Source of the DNA: Penicillus capitatus
Lineage: Eukaryota > Plantae > Chlorophyta
Length of the DNA stretch: 64,000 bases
NCBI GenBank assembly: GCA_965649825.1
Contig: OZ287698.1
Location: 1,255,949-1,319,948, forward strand
Reading direction: 5' to 3'
Shown piece after piece: positions 34,402 through 46,805 of the stretch (positions are counted from its first letter, which is position 1; each line of letters starts with the position of its first letter). The translations under genes were made by a program, and so were the position numbers. The notes under the pieces are model-generated. The model saw only the letters and a program-made list of their open reading frames with translations. It was not told where the DNA came from and made no database searches.

Positions 34402-37400
34402 TCAAGGTTCATAACCTGGATCGTGCGTTATGTACGGAGCTGGACCAAATATGCTGAGAACAACAGGCAGAATGACCAATCCATGCCACAGTCCACAGAA
34501 AACGATCGAAAAGAACATCTTGAAGAATGTCTGCAAGATGTAATGGTTGGCAAACCCCAGCACCGCGATCGCAAGGCCAGTCGTAAAGGCCCCATTCAGG
34601 ACAGCACCTCCAATGTGGTGCAACGCATGCTTGGCCCGTTCGGTGGGCGTTCCAGAACTGGCCAAGAAATAATGAGCGATGTGCACGGAATAGTCTACGG
34701 CGACTCCTACTGCCAAGACCATACAGATACAGGTCACGGAATTGAATGTCAAATTCAAGTACCACATCAGACCTAAAGACGAAGATCGCTCTTTGTGGAA
34801 TGCCTGAGAGGCGGACCAAAGAGCATGATATCTGTAAGCATCACCATCAGCAGGACAGCCACACACGCTGAGAAATTCGCAAGAATGATCAATGTGACAA
34901 GGAAAACAGCAAATGCTGCAATCATCACATTTCTCATTGTCTCCCATGCAATCACCTACACAGCAAACGTTTTTTGCATGTGGCAATGCGAAATGGTGAG
35001 TGCACTCGATATCCATCGTAATAGAGGAATGTGTAAGAATAAGCAACAGGCTGTAGACATGGAGCAGCAGCTTCAACAGTATTTCGGATGCTATCGACGG
35101 TGTGCACTGCTGACCAGCCGCTTCCAATTCCTGTTGTGAATGCGGAGACCCTTGCGGCTTGAAGCTCTGTCCCCGATGCATCGAATATGACATCTTTGTG
35201 ATAGACACTGCCTGGGCCTTCTACGAACTGGTGCAGACCGGAGAGGAAATCTTTAGGATCCAGGTATGTTGAATTCTGGAACCGTGACGGCGGCTCTATT
35301 TCTGCAGCAAAGCGCATGAAATCTTCAAACCAGCAGTGAATGGGCGGTGTGCTCGCAACATGTGGATCGTTTCTTAAGGCATTGGCGAATTGTCCCAGTT
35401 CTCTCTGGGCATCGAAATGCGCGTTGGGATGGATCTCTCTTGTGATGGCATGAAACGGAACTTGATTGCCAACAAAGTAATCCTGTTCGATCGCAAAAGC
35501 CTGGTGAAGGTAGGAACTCTTTGGAATAAACCATTCCTCATATCTGAAGTCCATCTTGACCTGTGTGCATCCATAAATGCTCAAACCCAACAGAACCATC
35601 TCCATCAACAGCACTGCTGCTTTCCCATAGGGATCAAGCGTCAGTTGCGGCATCCACTTGCCCACCAAGCTACAAGGCACAGAAATCTCACCGGAGGTCG
35701 TTGCCCAGAGAGCAGTACATCGAAGCAAAGGACGGCCTGGGAATGTAAGGTCCACTTCCAAAGAACTTTCGATCCAAGAAATGCACGGTGCGGGAGGTGC
35801 TGCTCAGCGCAGGTGTCTCTTCCTCCTCGTCGATGTCAAACGGTTCTATGTTCCTTCGGCCTCCATTGAACAGGTACTCGCCAAGATGATGTTGGCTATC
35901 GCATCTTGTTGATCCATTCAAATGAGACGAGCCGTTTCGCACGTTTGCTTCATTGTTTGTCCACTTATCATAATGCCGCCGTTCTCTTCGAGCATCCAGC
36001 GCCAAGAATGCCAGAAAGAACGTAATCTGATATAAGAAATCGAACAGAATTCCGACGGCTGCATAGATCGAAAAATCCCTCAGTCCTCCAAGTGTTGTAA
36101 AGGTCCCTGACATGAATGCCGCGAAATCGGTCACAGATGTCACGAGAATTGAAGATCCAGCTCGAATGGATGTTTGCCTCATGCGTTCAGTCACAGATGC
36201 CGAGATGTCGGTGTCGGAATAGGCATTCATGATGACAAATGTGTCGTCCACGCCTAATCCCATGAGCAGAAAGGGCAACACTCGATGTACGGGATTAAAC
36301 TATGCAGCATCAACAGAAAAACGCAAACAGTCACGGGCGGACGGGGAGCTACCTTTACGCCAAAGACCTGACAGAGGCCATAGGCGGAGTAGATTGCCAT
36401 GACGACTAAACCGACACTGGCTTGCCTGAGTGAAACGGAGTTCTGGAGTTTTACCCGAAAGGCAACTGATGACTGCCAGGTGTGCCTTGCTTCGTGCCCG
36501 GCTGTTCTTGAAGAGGGCCAGATGACAGTAGATCAGAACCATGGCGTAGGACAACCACAGCAGCCGCTGATCCTTCTCCAGCGTTCTCTCCGATTCCATA
36601 TCCACTGCGTCGAGATTACTGACATAGACCTTTAGATTGTCACTCTTCCATTCGTTAGACAATGTCTTCACCAGTTCTCTGTTCCACTCGCGATTCTTCG
36701 GATCGTAACGTGCGCCATCAATGTGCTCCTAGTATCATGTACCATCTTTGCTCAGATTTTCAGACAGCTGGCCTTACTGGCTGGTACTTGAGGATTATCC
36801 AACTTTGAATGGCTTCGATATTGCCTGGGCAGATTTGGGTGTCATCTCTAGAACCCAAGAGATATGTCGTGCCCCCCGAACGTCGTTCGACTGCCGTTGA
36901 GTTACCTATGGAATACAGAATGAAATCAAGGAGTCCATGCTGTGGAGAAATCCATACCTGTGAGGGTCTGTACTGGATTTGGATCTGCCTTCAGCTTCGT
37001 TTCTGAGTAATCCCACATGGATAATACACTCATCAATTCACACGGACCATCTTGATGAGTACGTTCACAGAGATCTTCCATTCCATAAGACAAGCCCTTG
37101 TGCTCAATCTTTATGGACTGAACAAGACGCAAGAGAGAGAACATTTCCAAGAGATATTGTCTGGCGCTCTCTTTCTCCACTAACAGACCTCTCCGAAAGC
37201 AATCTGATTTCTCAGTCAAATCAACGTTTTTCGTAACCAGTATCCGTGTCTGAGAGCAACCATTCAGGCATTGTATGCACTTTCTTGTATCGAGATTGTG
37301 CCTGTGATGGCGGAATTCCGTAGAGTTCCTCATAGACGTCTCTATCTTCGAACGATCTTGCGTTTTTTGGAGTGAAAAGCTTCTTGCTGTCCGATTCTTT

Positions 37401-37562
37401 TTCCATGATTGTATAGTACATAGTCATTAGTGTGACAGACATCAGGAGACATGCGATAATGATCATGCATGGCCATCGACTGACGAATGCACCATGCCAG
37501 GAAAAGTAACGGGAGACACCTGGCCAAGATACATTCCTGGCCTGAAAATCTCTGTAGTTCAT
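34402..37562 (-). CDS. Patched/NPC1-family sterol-sensing-domain membrane protein
   Basis: PFLLMGLGVDDTFVI, SILVTSVTDFAAF, FYDGY, GVAVDYSVHIAH, GLWHGLVILPV. Multi-exon. Confidence 0.9.
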
Positions 37563-37841
37563 CCATTCTTACCTCGGTGGACACAAGCGCTAAAATCTTG
37601 AAGTCTCATGGTCCATCCTCTGCTCTCTTCTAATGCCATAGAAGTTAAAGTCTCGTTCACTTATCTCAGCAGCTGAGAAGATCCGAACGAGATGATGCCG
37701 TCGCGTATAAGCGTTCAGAAGAGTTGCAATCAAATCAACGAAATGAATGGCATCACAGTCCGAGAGCGCGAACTGTTAATCGAGATGAATCGATGGAGCA
37801 GCGCGAGTCAGTCTATACGATCCGTCGGAGAATGAAGACAG

Positions 37842-37923
37842 GCTGAGGTGTCCGAGTGGTTAAGGAGACAGATTAGAAATCTGTTGGGCTCTGCCCGCGC
37901 AGGTTCGATTCCTGCCCTCAGCG
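37842..37923 (+). tRNA. tRNA-Ser: tRNA-Ser (anticodon AGA), intronless
   Basis: Acceptor stem GCTGAGG/CCTCAGC with G73, D-arm GAGTGGTTAAG, anticodon stem ACAGA-TTAGAAA-TCTGT, long variable arm, T-loop GGTTCGATTCC. Confidence 0.97.
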
Positions 37924-37998
37924 ATAATTTCTGGCACCTACCTCGCATCGACTGTCGTCTGTCTTCACATCGATTCTCGACTTAATCTGGAGAGTGTA

Positions 37999-38004
37999 TT
38001 TTTT
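37999..38004 (+). terminator. Probable Pol III terminator (T6) for tRNA-Ser
   Basis: First run of 4 or more T downstream of the tRNA, about 75 nt after its 3' end. Confidence 0.5.
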
Positions 38005-38249
38005 ATTCTTTGTTTGCATCGCTCGGTATCGTATGGTGTGCATGTTCATAGTGTTCGTCGTCGAATCAAAGATAACGATCGCAATTCTTGGCGGAGATGC
38101 GAGTATCGATTCGTTGGTTTGTGTGGCAATGAGACGGATTAGTTTTTAGCACAGGTAAATAGTTATCTTCATCATCGATGTTCAAGAATCAGCAATCAGG
38201 GCGTTTACTTTTAATGCATTGAAAGCGCTAGACACGTCAAATGTTAGAC

Positions 38250-39300
38250 AAAGGGGACAATAGTGTAGTCAACGACCGCGTTGCTTGTCAAGTAGAGAAG
38301 GCTCAAAGTGCACACAGACAAGTTCAATCCGTTCGTGCACTATTCACAACATCTTGTCTATAAGATTGAATTCCTGGAGCCTCATTTAAATCCATACTGT
38401 AACGCTTCGCTCGTGGTCTTCCGTATGCGAGGTCTAATGCATAAAGAATTTTGTTTATCTTAAAAATTTCTATCACTGTTGATTGAGACTGTGATCCCAA
38501 TCATATCTGTTGCCCAGCAGACATCCGGAGATCCACGGCAATACATCCAGATTTTGCTTCTGCGATGACACTTGAGACGTACCTCTCCATGACTCTCTTA
38601 CTGACTTTTAGGACTGCGTTTATCGAAATTGTCTCGATAGTACTCTTATTCTGGCTTCTTCAACTTTCTAAACTAATCTGAACTATAGCGACAAAGTAGT
38701 GCAGCGGAAACTCCACTTCTTAGGTATACATAATCAGATCATCAAAGACACTGCTCTTGTATCTATCGCAGCCTTACGGAGACAATCAGAGCAATGGGAT
38801 GTATTGTCATCCGTTTTAGCACCTCGACGTTGACAGGCTGCCGTGAAAAGTGTATCCATTTGTTTCTAACACTCTTATCTCTACAGATCCAGATGCCAGG
38901 CTTTAACCACTCGGACACACCTTCCAAGCAGAACTCTCTGTCGGAGACATCATCCACGCCGCAGTGTGAAATGTGTGATCCGATTAGACCTAAAGAACGA
39001 GACAACTAGGTTCTTCTCACTGACAGAAGGTAGCGATGAATTTAGTCAAACACAGGCAGGGTGTACGAGTGTTTCCGCTCTCTTGGCCAGTGTCGCAAAC
39101 CTCGCAGCACTCGGTCTCCCTTTTCTTGTTTCGCGAGCTCCGGGGATTCTTCGACGACCGTTGCCGCCTCCTGCATACTGCAGAGAAAATCTCTTTTTTC
39201 CCTGTTTGATTCAGAATCTGTCCGACTTCTGCTGTCACCGGTGCTTCGTCAGTGGAATGGTGATGCATCGCGCGAACATTGTTTCGGAAGTCGTGCAATA
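38250..39300 (-). pseudogene. Possible decayed transposase/zinc-finger relic (hAT-like and PHD-like fragments)
   Basis: Stop-riddled minus-strand frames read TISINAVLKV...IAEAKSGCIAVDLRMSAGQQI*LG and ECCEVCDTG...HISHC...EFC. These only loosely resemble hAT (LTTDxWTS) and PHD motifs. Confidence 0.25.
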
Positions 39301-39759
39301 AAGCGACAATCCATGGATCTGGAGTATTCTCGCGGGAAACGTAACGAATCCACTCATTTCGTTCTTTCGCATTCGACTTCTCGTCCAGAACAACCGAATG
39401 CAGTCTCGACGAACGCCGGGAAGCATTTGGGCGGGGAACGTGCTAAGTGGTGGATGGAACTAAACGGTGTCCTGCATCTTTTTTGTACTTTCCAGGGTCC
39501 GAGGATGAACCCCTCGCCAGCATATTCTCTGCTTCTAACTTTATGGCGAAGTACAAGTTGGATAGAAGTCTGAAGGCATCACTGGTAATCGCCAAGGCAC
39601 TATATACGAAGGCATATGGAGGCAACTGGCACGAGGAGAAGATGCCGCCGCATCCGACTCGACGTATCAGAAGATGATCAGCGGTGTGGTATAATAATGT
39701 TTATAACATTGTTACCATTGTAGCATTTGTCTTGTGACAATTCGGCGCCACATCGGCTT

Positions 39760-42290
39760 AGAATCTTTCGGCAGGTGCAACTACTATTGCTTTTAGAACG
39801 CCATCTAGAACGTTGTCGATTCCACTCCGGAACAGCGTTCGACCACTGCGAGGCCGGCCTTGAAAGATGACCTAGGGAAAAAGATCTCGCTTACATATGT
39901 GAAGATTCGTCTCGCCCGGTCTTCGTGCCCACCTCAGCCACGATGTCTTCCGCCCGTACTCGGCGGTGGTGGCACACTTGGCAAAACCGGGCCTTCGGCG
40001 TCTCCGGGATGACTCATTTCACAAACGCAGCGGAAGTCTTAGCTTTGGAATAAGTGGTGAGCGGTTCTCAGGGGATAGTGACGTTTAGAAGACTTAGTGA
40101 TTGCAGCCAAGAGACAACTGATTACACATGATAATAGACGGCGACTGTTTGGTCAGACAGAGACAGATTGTATGCGATGTCAACAGATAACGGAAACTCA
40201 GATGTAAGACGAGAGATGATTTATGTGTCCGATCCTTGCTTAAATACTCAGCCCCTGATGTGACGATAGGGGAATAGCACATGAATTTCAAGAGCGAGTT
40301 CACAATGAGATGCATGCTGAGACTGAGAAGTTCAACACGAAATTCTAGAGACTTCCTAAGGACTTCGCGGGAACTCACTCCCAGTCAGCATGATTCGTTC
40401 GTGTCTCAGCGGCGACGGTTAGATCGCGCAGCCAAGGACGCGAGAGAATACAAACGACAGAAGATGCAATGCATTAAATCGCCGTCTCATCACGCTCCCT
40501 TAGAATCGCTCCCTTTCTTCACAACATCAAAGATCAAGTGACATGTGAACTTGTCAAGAATTGTCCGTCGAGTACTTAACACTTAATAACGAAGTCGGCG
40601 TTCTTAGGTGCTATGTCACTGTATGCAGAGCCGACTAATAACGTGACCGCTAGTTGTAGCCATGCAACAATCATCTTAACCTTAATTGTTCAAAGTTTAC
40701 AGCATGGCGTTAGGTTGTTATAGAGGGACGGTTAGTTCATCTAGCTTAATCATAAACATTCAGGCTTACAGTCACTCTTCGCATTGCAAAAGGAGACCCG
40801 TCTTTCAATTGGAACGCATTTTTTCGCCAGAGTCTTTCGAGTCCAAGAAGTGAACATGTAATTAAGAATGGTACAAGGCAGTTGAAACAAGTCTATGACA
40901 GATACTCATACTATTGTGATGGAATTGAAGAAAGGAAAGAAGTAAAGTCACGTCAAGCTGCGAGCAAAGCGTCTCGTGACGTCAGCATGACGTGAGGCTT
41001 GCGTCATGCAGACTGGTAGATAGATTGGGGTTTTGTATCGAGCTTTACCTTTAAGAAACTTTACGACGTTTTGCGTGTCTCTTATCCGTGTCACTATATT
41101 CAGCAGAATAATTCCCTTGAAGACAAGTAGTAAGATGTGACTATGCCAAGCAAGTTGCTCTTTTACTATCTTTTTTATGCGGGGCTTGAGATTTTCCATG
41201 TGTCTATATATACCTCACACTTTTTACCTCGATCTATTCAGCTGCTCAAGCTCTAAAACGTTTATACTATGCTATCGACAAAAGAATGTCTCCTGTCGGC
41301 CCCGGGGTTGAAATGAAGTACGACGCGAAACCTTGGTTCGACAAAAGGAGTGTTTAGAACATGGAGGTGGTTGTGTCATTAAAAAATAGGCTCACTCACA
41401 ATTCAGATAAAATGCCTTTATACTCAGAGGCTCGCACAGCATTCCAAGAAGAACACCTGTTAAGCGGTCGGTCGGCACATGGACTTGATCATAACCCCAA
41501 GGAAGAAAGAGACCTGGACACATCAACAACAGGTCGAGGATTGGCCGTTAAAGATCTACACTTAGGAGACAAATGGCGTCAATTCGTTGACAGTAACGGA
41601 CGCTAAGGAGAAAAAGGGAATCGTATTTCTGGATTTAAAGCTTAAAATAGATCAGGAAGCAAAAGTGGTTTAAAAACCGAAGAGCAATGCGTCAATCATA
41701 TTACATACAATACATAGAACATTGGAGCGAACACTCAAGAAGCGTTTTAGAGATCTTAGAGCTCTAGTAAGTCAGAGTATGGAGTTATGCGACTACTAGT
41801 ATGTCTGTTAAAAGAAAGGTTACGGAGCGAGATCTTAAAAAGAGACGAATTACCGAATTTGCCAACCTTGAAACTAACTCTCTTCTTCGGCGTACACTAT
41901 CCGATACCCGTTGACCACCGCCTGAACTGTTAAGACTGCAAGTACCAAATCAGAACTGCAAAACGATTTTTTCCACTCGGTCGAATAAAGCCGCAAGTTG
42001 GCGTTTTGGTCGTGGATAAGTTATTTCTGTTAAACATTATTTCCCCTCGACAAAACACTGGTTATATTCGCCTGATGATTTTGCTAACTCTTTATTGTGA
42101 TATCGGCAATAGCGTTTACGATACCTCGTTCATCATTATCCTAGTCTTTACTCTCTTCAACGTTCGGTTATTACGCTTACACATGAGATTGTAACGACAC
42201 AAAGAGTTAATTATACAACTATTGGTCGCTATCACCAGAGACTTGATGAATCCGAAAGGAAGCACTTAAATAAGCCAGACTCGCAAACTC
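39760..42290 (+). mobile_element. Heavily decayed Penelope-like retroelement (RT core 41100-41830)
   Basis: One frame (41101 onward, with stops) carries PLE RT-like motifs in order and at roughly correct spacing: YTSHFL, L*NVYT...KECL, H*KIGS...CLYTQ, GRHMDLII (YxDD position), KGIVFLDLKL, V*KP, LVSQSMELC, KGYG. Upstream KRQKMQCIK...VNLS fits the PLE N-terminal motif. AT-richer than flanks (21/60 GC in 41641-41700). Confidence 0.55.
42238..42282 (+). ncRNA. Degenerate type-I minimal hammerhead ribozyme
   Basis: GAGAC-TTGATGA-ATCC GAAA GGAA-GCAC-TTAAATAA-GCCA-GACTC versus canonical stemI-CTGATGA-GTCC GAAA GGAC-GAAAC-stemIII-GTC-stemI. Stem I pairs 4/5, stem II pairs 3 bp, and stem III is quasi-palindromic. 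Several core substitutions. Confidence 0.4.
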
Positions 42291-42756
42291 GTCCAGTGGT
42301 GGGTGAATAAATTAGTAGCATTCTACAAGATTGTTGGCTTTTTCCATCCTCAGCACTTAGATGAGATATTCGGAAAGGGGAATTCTCCCCGCCGACGGCA
42401 CGGAGGTACTCAAGTAGCACATGCGCGCATTCAGACATGTCGACTGCTCAGTAGCCTTTAAAGGTACAAAATGGCCGGTACTCGCGAACCGCAAGTGGTA
42501 TAAAAGAACAAAGAGGAGTAGTTCAACGCAGCTTTGATTCTCGACAGAATTCGGCGCGTCATTTTGTTTTTGTTTTGCGACAAGCGTTCTTTATCGGTTG
42601 GTCTTTCGTATTGGCTTGAAATCCGAGCAGTTACAAGTAGCGCTAATGTCGGCATTCGAGAATTGCGGGTTAATGGCGCCTTGATTTCTCGATGTTATCT
42701 ATTGTGCTTTTCACACCACGTCTCTGGGATTGCATGGACACTCAAAAAACCAACTG

Positions 42757-44530
42757 TTATTTTAATGACCGTCCTGGTTTCCCCCTAAAAATCACTCGGA
42801 TAGAGGTACCCTCCAACACCACATTCTCTCGCAGATGTTTCTCGATGTACTTCCGATACGTTTCACCAAACAACGTGGCATCGTTAACGAACAACACAAA
42901 CGTTGGTGGCCGTGTTGCAACTTGACTGGCATAGTAAACACGTCCTTTCTTTCCAGTCTTGGACGCTGGAGGCGGGCGGAAATGGACAGCCTCTTCAATA
43001 ATCATGCTGACAGTCGAAGTGCTAAGGCGCTGGGAGTGATGCTCATCGGCCGTAAGAATAGCTTTGGAAATGGCTTTCAAAGGGTGCTCGTCCTTGAGGG
43101 ACGTCACCACGACACATGCCCAGTCATCTTGTCGCAATTGCTGTTTAACAATAGCACAGACTGTCTGTTTGTTCCAGTCCTTTCGATTCAGCAAATCGAA
43201 TTTGTTGGCTACGACCACCAACCCACATCCTTGTTGTCTTGCCATCTCGATGATGTGCGAGTCCTGTATCCGAACACCTTCGTAGCAATCGATCATCAAC
43301 ACGGCGATGTTGCACTGCTCAAGTGCCTTGATCGAGCGATCAACCATCATAGGCTCCACCTAGGACGAAAAAATCGGCTGAATGGATCTCATACTATCAA
43401 AGGTTTCACGCACTTTTTCGGATGATCCATATACAGCTGTCCTTCTCCGGATGCCGGCAGTGTCGATCAGTTTAATCTTCTCTCCAGAAAACAGCGTGGC
43501 TTGACAGTCAATAGCATCGCGTGTTGTTCCGGGGATTTTGCTGACGATTGCCCTTTCTTTGCCGACCAATGCATTTAGCAAACTGCTCTTGCCCGTGTTG
43601 GGGCGGCCGATGATGGCCACAGATGTGAGCTCCTCTTCCTCTTTTCTATGGTGCATTGGAGGCATCTTCTCGACCACTGCAAAGAAAACGTCACATCACA
43701 TAACCCAAATTCGCCAATGCATTGCTTACAGATATCGAGGAGCTCTCCTGTTCCGAGACCCGTCACAGCAGAAACAGGAAACGGCTCCAATCCCAGCTCC
43801 CAAAACAAAGATGCATTGAAATCAGCTGTGCGAGCTTTCTCACACTTATTGACTGCCAAAAGAATCTACCATCCAGAGCTCTTCTCGCACGCAGGGAAGA
43901 TGTCAGTCTTACGGGTTTGTCGGAATGCTGTTTCCGAAGCCAATTCAGAATCTCTGTATCACCATCCATAGGTCCATCTTTGCCATCCACCACAAAGAGA
44001 ACCAGGTCGCATTCGTCAACAGCTGCCGCCACTTGCTTCTCCACGCCAACGGGAATCTCTTGATCTGCCGGAATCTCCCGCTTCAATCCTTCCACTCCCA
44101 TCACAACTTTGGTATCTGGCAATCCACCCGTATCCATCAACATGAACTCAGATCGCCTCCAGAATGCCCGAACCGACAGCCGGTCTCGCGTGACGCCCGG
44201 TTTGTCATAGACAATCGCTTTGGAAGACTGGGTTAAACGATTGAGCAGAGCCGATTTTCCAACGTTCGGTCGACCAACGATCGCAATCCGCGGCAATTCG
44301 CCATCCTTTAGCCTCGAAAGATCCCACACTGGCACGCGTCGCTCTTCGACGTCCGATCTCGGTTTCCGCGGCGACTTATCTTCCTCGACCTCTAACAAAT
44401 CTCCTCTCTTTTCTAAGGTCCGTGCGATATCCCTAGGATCCGCCGCGCGACAGAGATAGTGTCCTCGTTTTTTGTCGCATCGCCAGGAGACCTTCGGTGC
44501 AGCCACGATCCCAGTGAGCGTCCTTTTCAT
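42757..44530 (-). CDS. der: GTPase Der/EngA (plastid ribosome biogenesis)
   Basis: Two G domains: [20 protein letters not shown] and [29 protein letters not shown], plus a KH-like C-terminus [10 protein letters not shown]...GTSIRVIFR. Confidence 0.96.
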
Positions 44531-44610
44531 GTGGTCTTAATGATTTGCATCGTGCAGTTGCGTTGGACGCCATACGTTGTTGTTTGATCTCTTTTACGTT
44601 CAGCGTTTCC

Positions 44611-45544
44611 ATGGCTGTCCGAGGGTTTCAGTTTCTGCTTTTCGCAGCGCTTTGCGTCGTAAGCGCTCACGGACTCACCGGGATCACGCGTAAGAACACG
44701 CACGAACAATACGACGGCGAACGGTTTTGCCGTGACAGACGCCGTTCAGTGCTTAGTCTGCCGACGTTTGCTTACTCCAACAATCTCGACGGCTGCCGAC
44801 GGCTTCGATGTCTTGCTTGATGGTGCTGTTGCTCAATACTACGTTCGGCGGATCTGTACGAACGAACATACACGTGTCTAAGCTATGCCGCGTAGAGATG
44901 CATGGGTAGTTTGGGAGCCAAAGAAAAGAAATGCGCGTTTCGTTATCTGCAAATAGGTAGGACGCCTTCGCTTTGCTCCTGGAATAATGTCTTGTCTGTA
45001 CAGCGGATGCATCCGTTCAAGCTGCATCAATCTTAACCACAACCCATGAAGCATTTTGCACCATTGCGTTGCAGTGTGGATTATGGGACTTGGATACCAG
45101 CTCAGCGGAGATGGAAGAGTTTTTGACATCCAATGACGAAGTTCGTGCCTGCAAAATATGCAAGGTCTGTACGGAACACGAAGAATCTTTTCATCTCACA
45201 TAGTGTCGTGAAATGTGTCATGCTAGAAAGCCTTAGGTTTCGTCTTCGCGACGATGACGATGGAAGTGATGGTGGAGCGCTGGGGAAACTTTGTCAATTT
45301 CCTCTGCACTCGGCAGCCCATTGCCCGACAACGTCAGTGCTTCACTATCGCCGAAGCTCACATACAAACGGTAAACGCGCTCAATGCGAGCTTGCATGAT
45401 CTGAGATGGAATGTGTGTCCGTCGCAGTTGCGATCGACGACCCCTGCTCAGAGCTGCAAAAGGCTGGGACACTGCAAAGACAGTTTTGCCGAACAAGAGA
45501 ATACAGCTGAAGCGGCTGTTGAGAACTCCATGGTGGTGACCTGA
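44611..45544 (+). CDS. Secreted protein with two saposin-B-like domains (copy 1)
   Basis: Signal peptide MAVRGFQFLLFAALCVVSAHG. Spliced CLVC...IC...KC...FC..ALQC, then CKIC...FLC...QC...SCKRLGHC. Four short introns. Confidence 0.65.
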
Positions 45545-45918
45545 AGAAGATGGTGGACTTAAATGTTAGGAGATGGTTGCCGTGGCGTGCATACAGTTTG
45601 CAAACTGTGTGTGTTTGTTTTTATTGTTGTTATTTCCTCGAATCAATTTGTCAAACAGTCAATGTTTCCTTTTAACCGAGATTGTCGATGAATGTAGTAA
45701 TGCTTCCTGGTTTCGTTCAGATGGCAGTCTGACGCAATGTCTTACCTATCCTGCCTCTGACCCTCGGATGCGACGTTTTGTTGTTATTAAACAAGACAGA
45801 TGAAATCGTCGCCGCTTTTGACCGTTCTGTTTTTGAATCTGTTCTTCGCCGGCGTCTCTAATTCCTCCCGTCCATTGCGTAAGAACAGAGCAAAACGGAA
45901 CCAGTAAAGGGATACGTG

Positions 45919-46700
45919 TTAGGCAGGACGCAATGCTTGACGTGCCTTGCCATCGCCCAACAAGCCTTCGCCATCGACATCACAATTGCCGGCACAAGCA
46001 GCCTCAAAGCCGAAATTCTAGAGAGGGTGGGCCATAAGGATGTCCGTTTCCTCAAAACGTATGTCTGAACAATAGTTCTGTCCGAGTCTTCCGCTGAAAT
46101 CGGTGCAAGACGCTTGCTATCGAATTCGAAGCGCATTAAGTAAAACACAAGTGCCATCTTCTTCTCAGAATGTACGTTGGTAGTTGATCTGTCGAGGCAT
46201 GCTCACTTTGTCACTGTCTTCAATTTTTGCGAAGTGGTCCTGCGATGTGAGTACAGAGAGCTTGTCGTGAGCAAACACCCGACGTCTGTTCGGAGCAGCA
46301 CCTGTACACAGTGCAAGGTGTGATCGATTCCGTACCTTCTTGCGACTCATCAAAAGACCTCAGGAAATTGCGAGGGTCTACATCCGCGCGATCATCGACA
46401 ACATGCGCAAAAAAGAACAGTCCGAGGCACTAGTGGACGATTCGGATACCGTTGCTTTGGATAGATCGATTCTGGATAGGCTCGAAGCAATGGAGAAATC
46501 ACTTGCTCCACAATGGTGTCGAGATCAAGGTTTTTGTCCACGAGCGTCGTAGATGCACGGACCATGCCTTGAAGCCAAATCCGGGGTGAAACAGAAGTTG
46601 TGTGGCTCTCAATGAATTCCTTGGACCAAAAGGGGAACCTCTTCTCAATTGTTCAAACTTGTTCAATCGATGATGGTTCGGTGGGATCCGTTATCGGACG
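45919..46700 (-). CDS. Hypothetical multi-exon protein
   Basis: Short coding-like segments joined by plausible GT-AG introns (DPRNFLRSFDESQE|GAAPNRRRVFAHDKL...SDK|MALVFYLMRFEF...). Start unresolved and no family recognised. Confidence 0.35.
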
Positions 46701-46805
46701 ATGCGACGATGCGACCCGTCACGTCATGCAAAACCCGCGGTGCACACGATTCGCCGTTTTTTCTGACTCTTCTTCCGTTTGCAAAAGTCAACTTCTCTTT
46801 GCAAA

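Noticed and set aside
34145-34414. 89-aa plus ORF divergent from the 5-FCL-like gene
   Set aside because: It overlaps the Patched stop and probable 3' UTR, with no motif. The spacing fits a divergent promoter but support is otherwise absent.
37924-37998. 75-nt tRNA trailer as a possible dicistronic tRNA-snoRNA
   Set aside because: No C box (RTGATGA), D box (CTGA) or H/ACA hairpin pattern.
38794-39677. Plus-strand small ORFs (MGCIVIRF..., ...LYTKAYGGNWHEE...) in the island as a real gene
   Set aside because: An intron-like element exists, but no coherent or recognisable protein results. It overlaps the minus-strand relic candidates.
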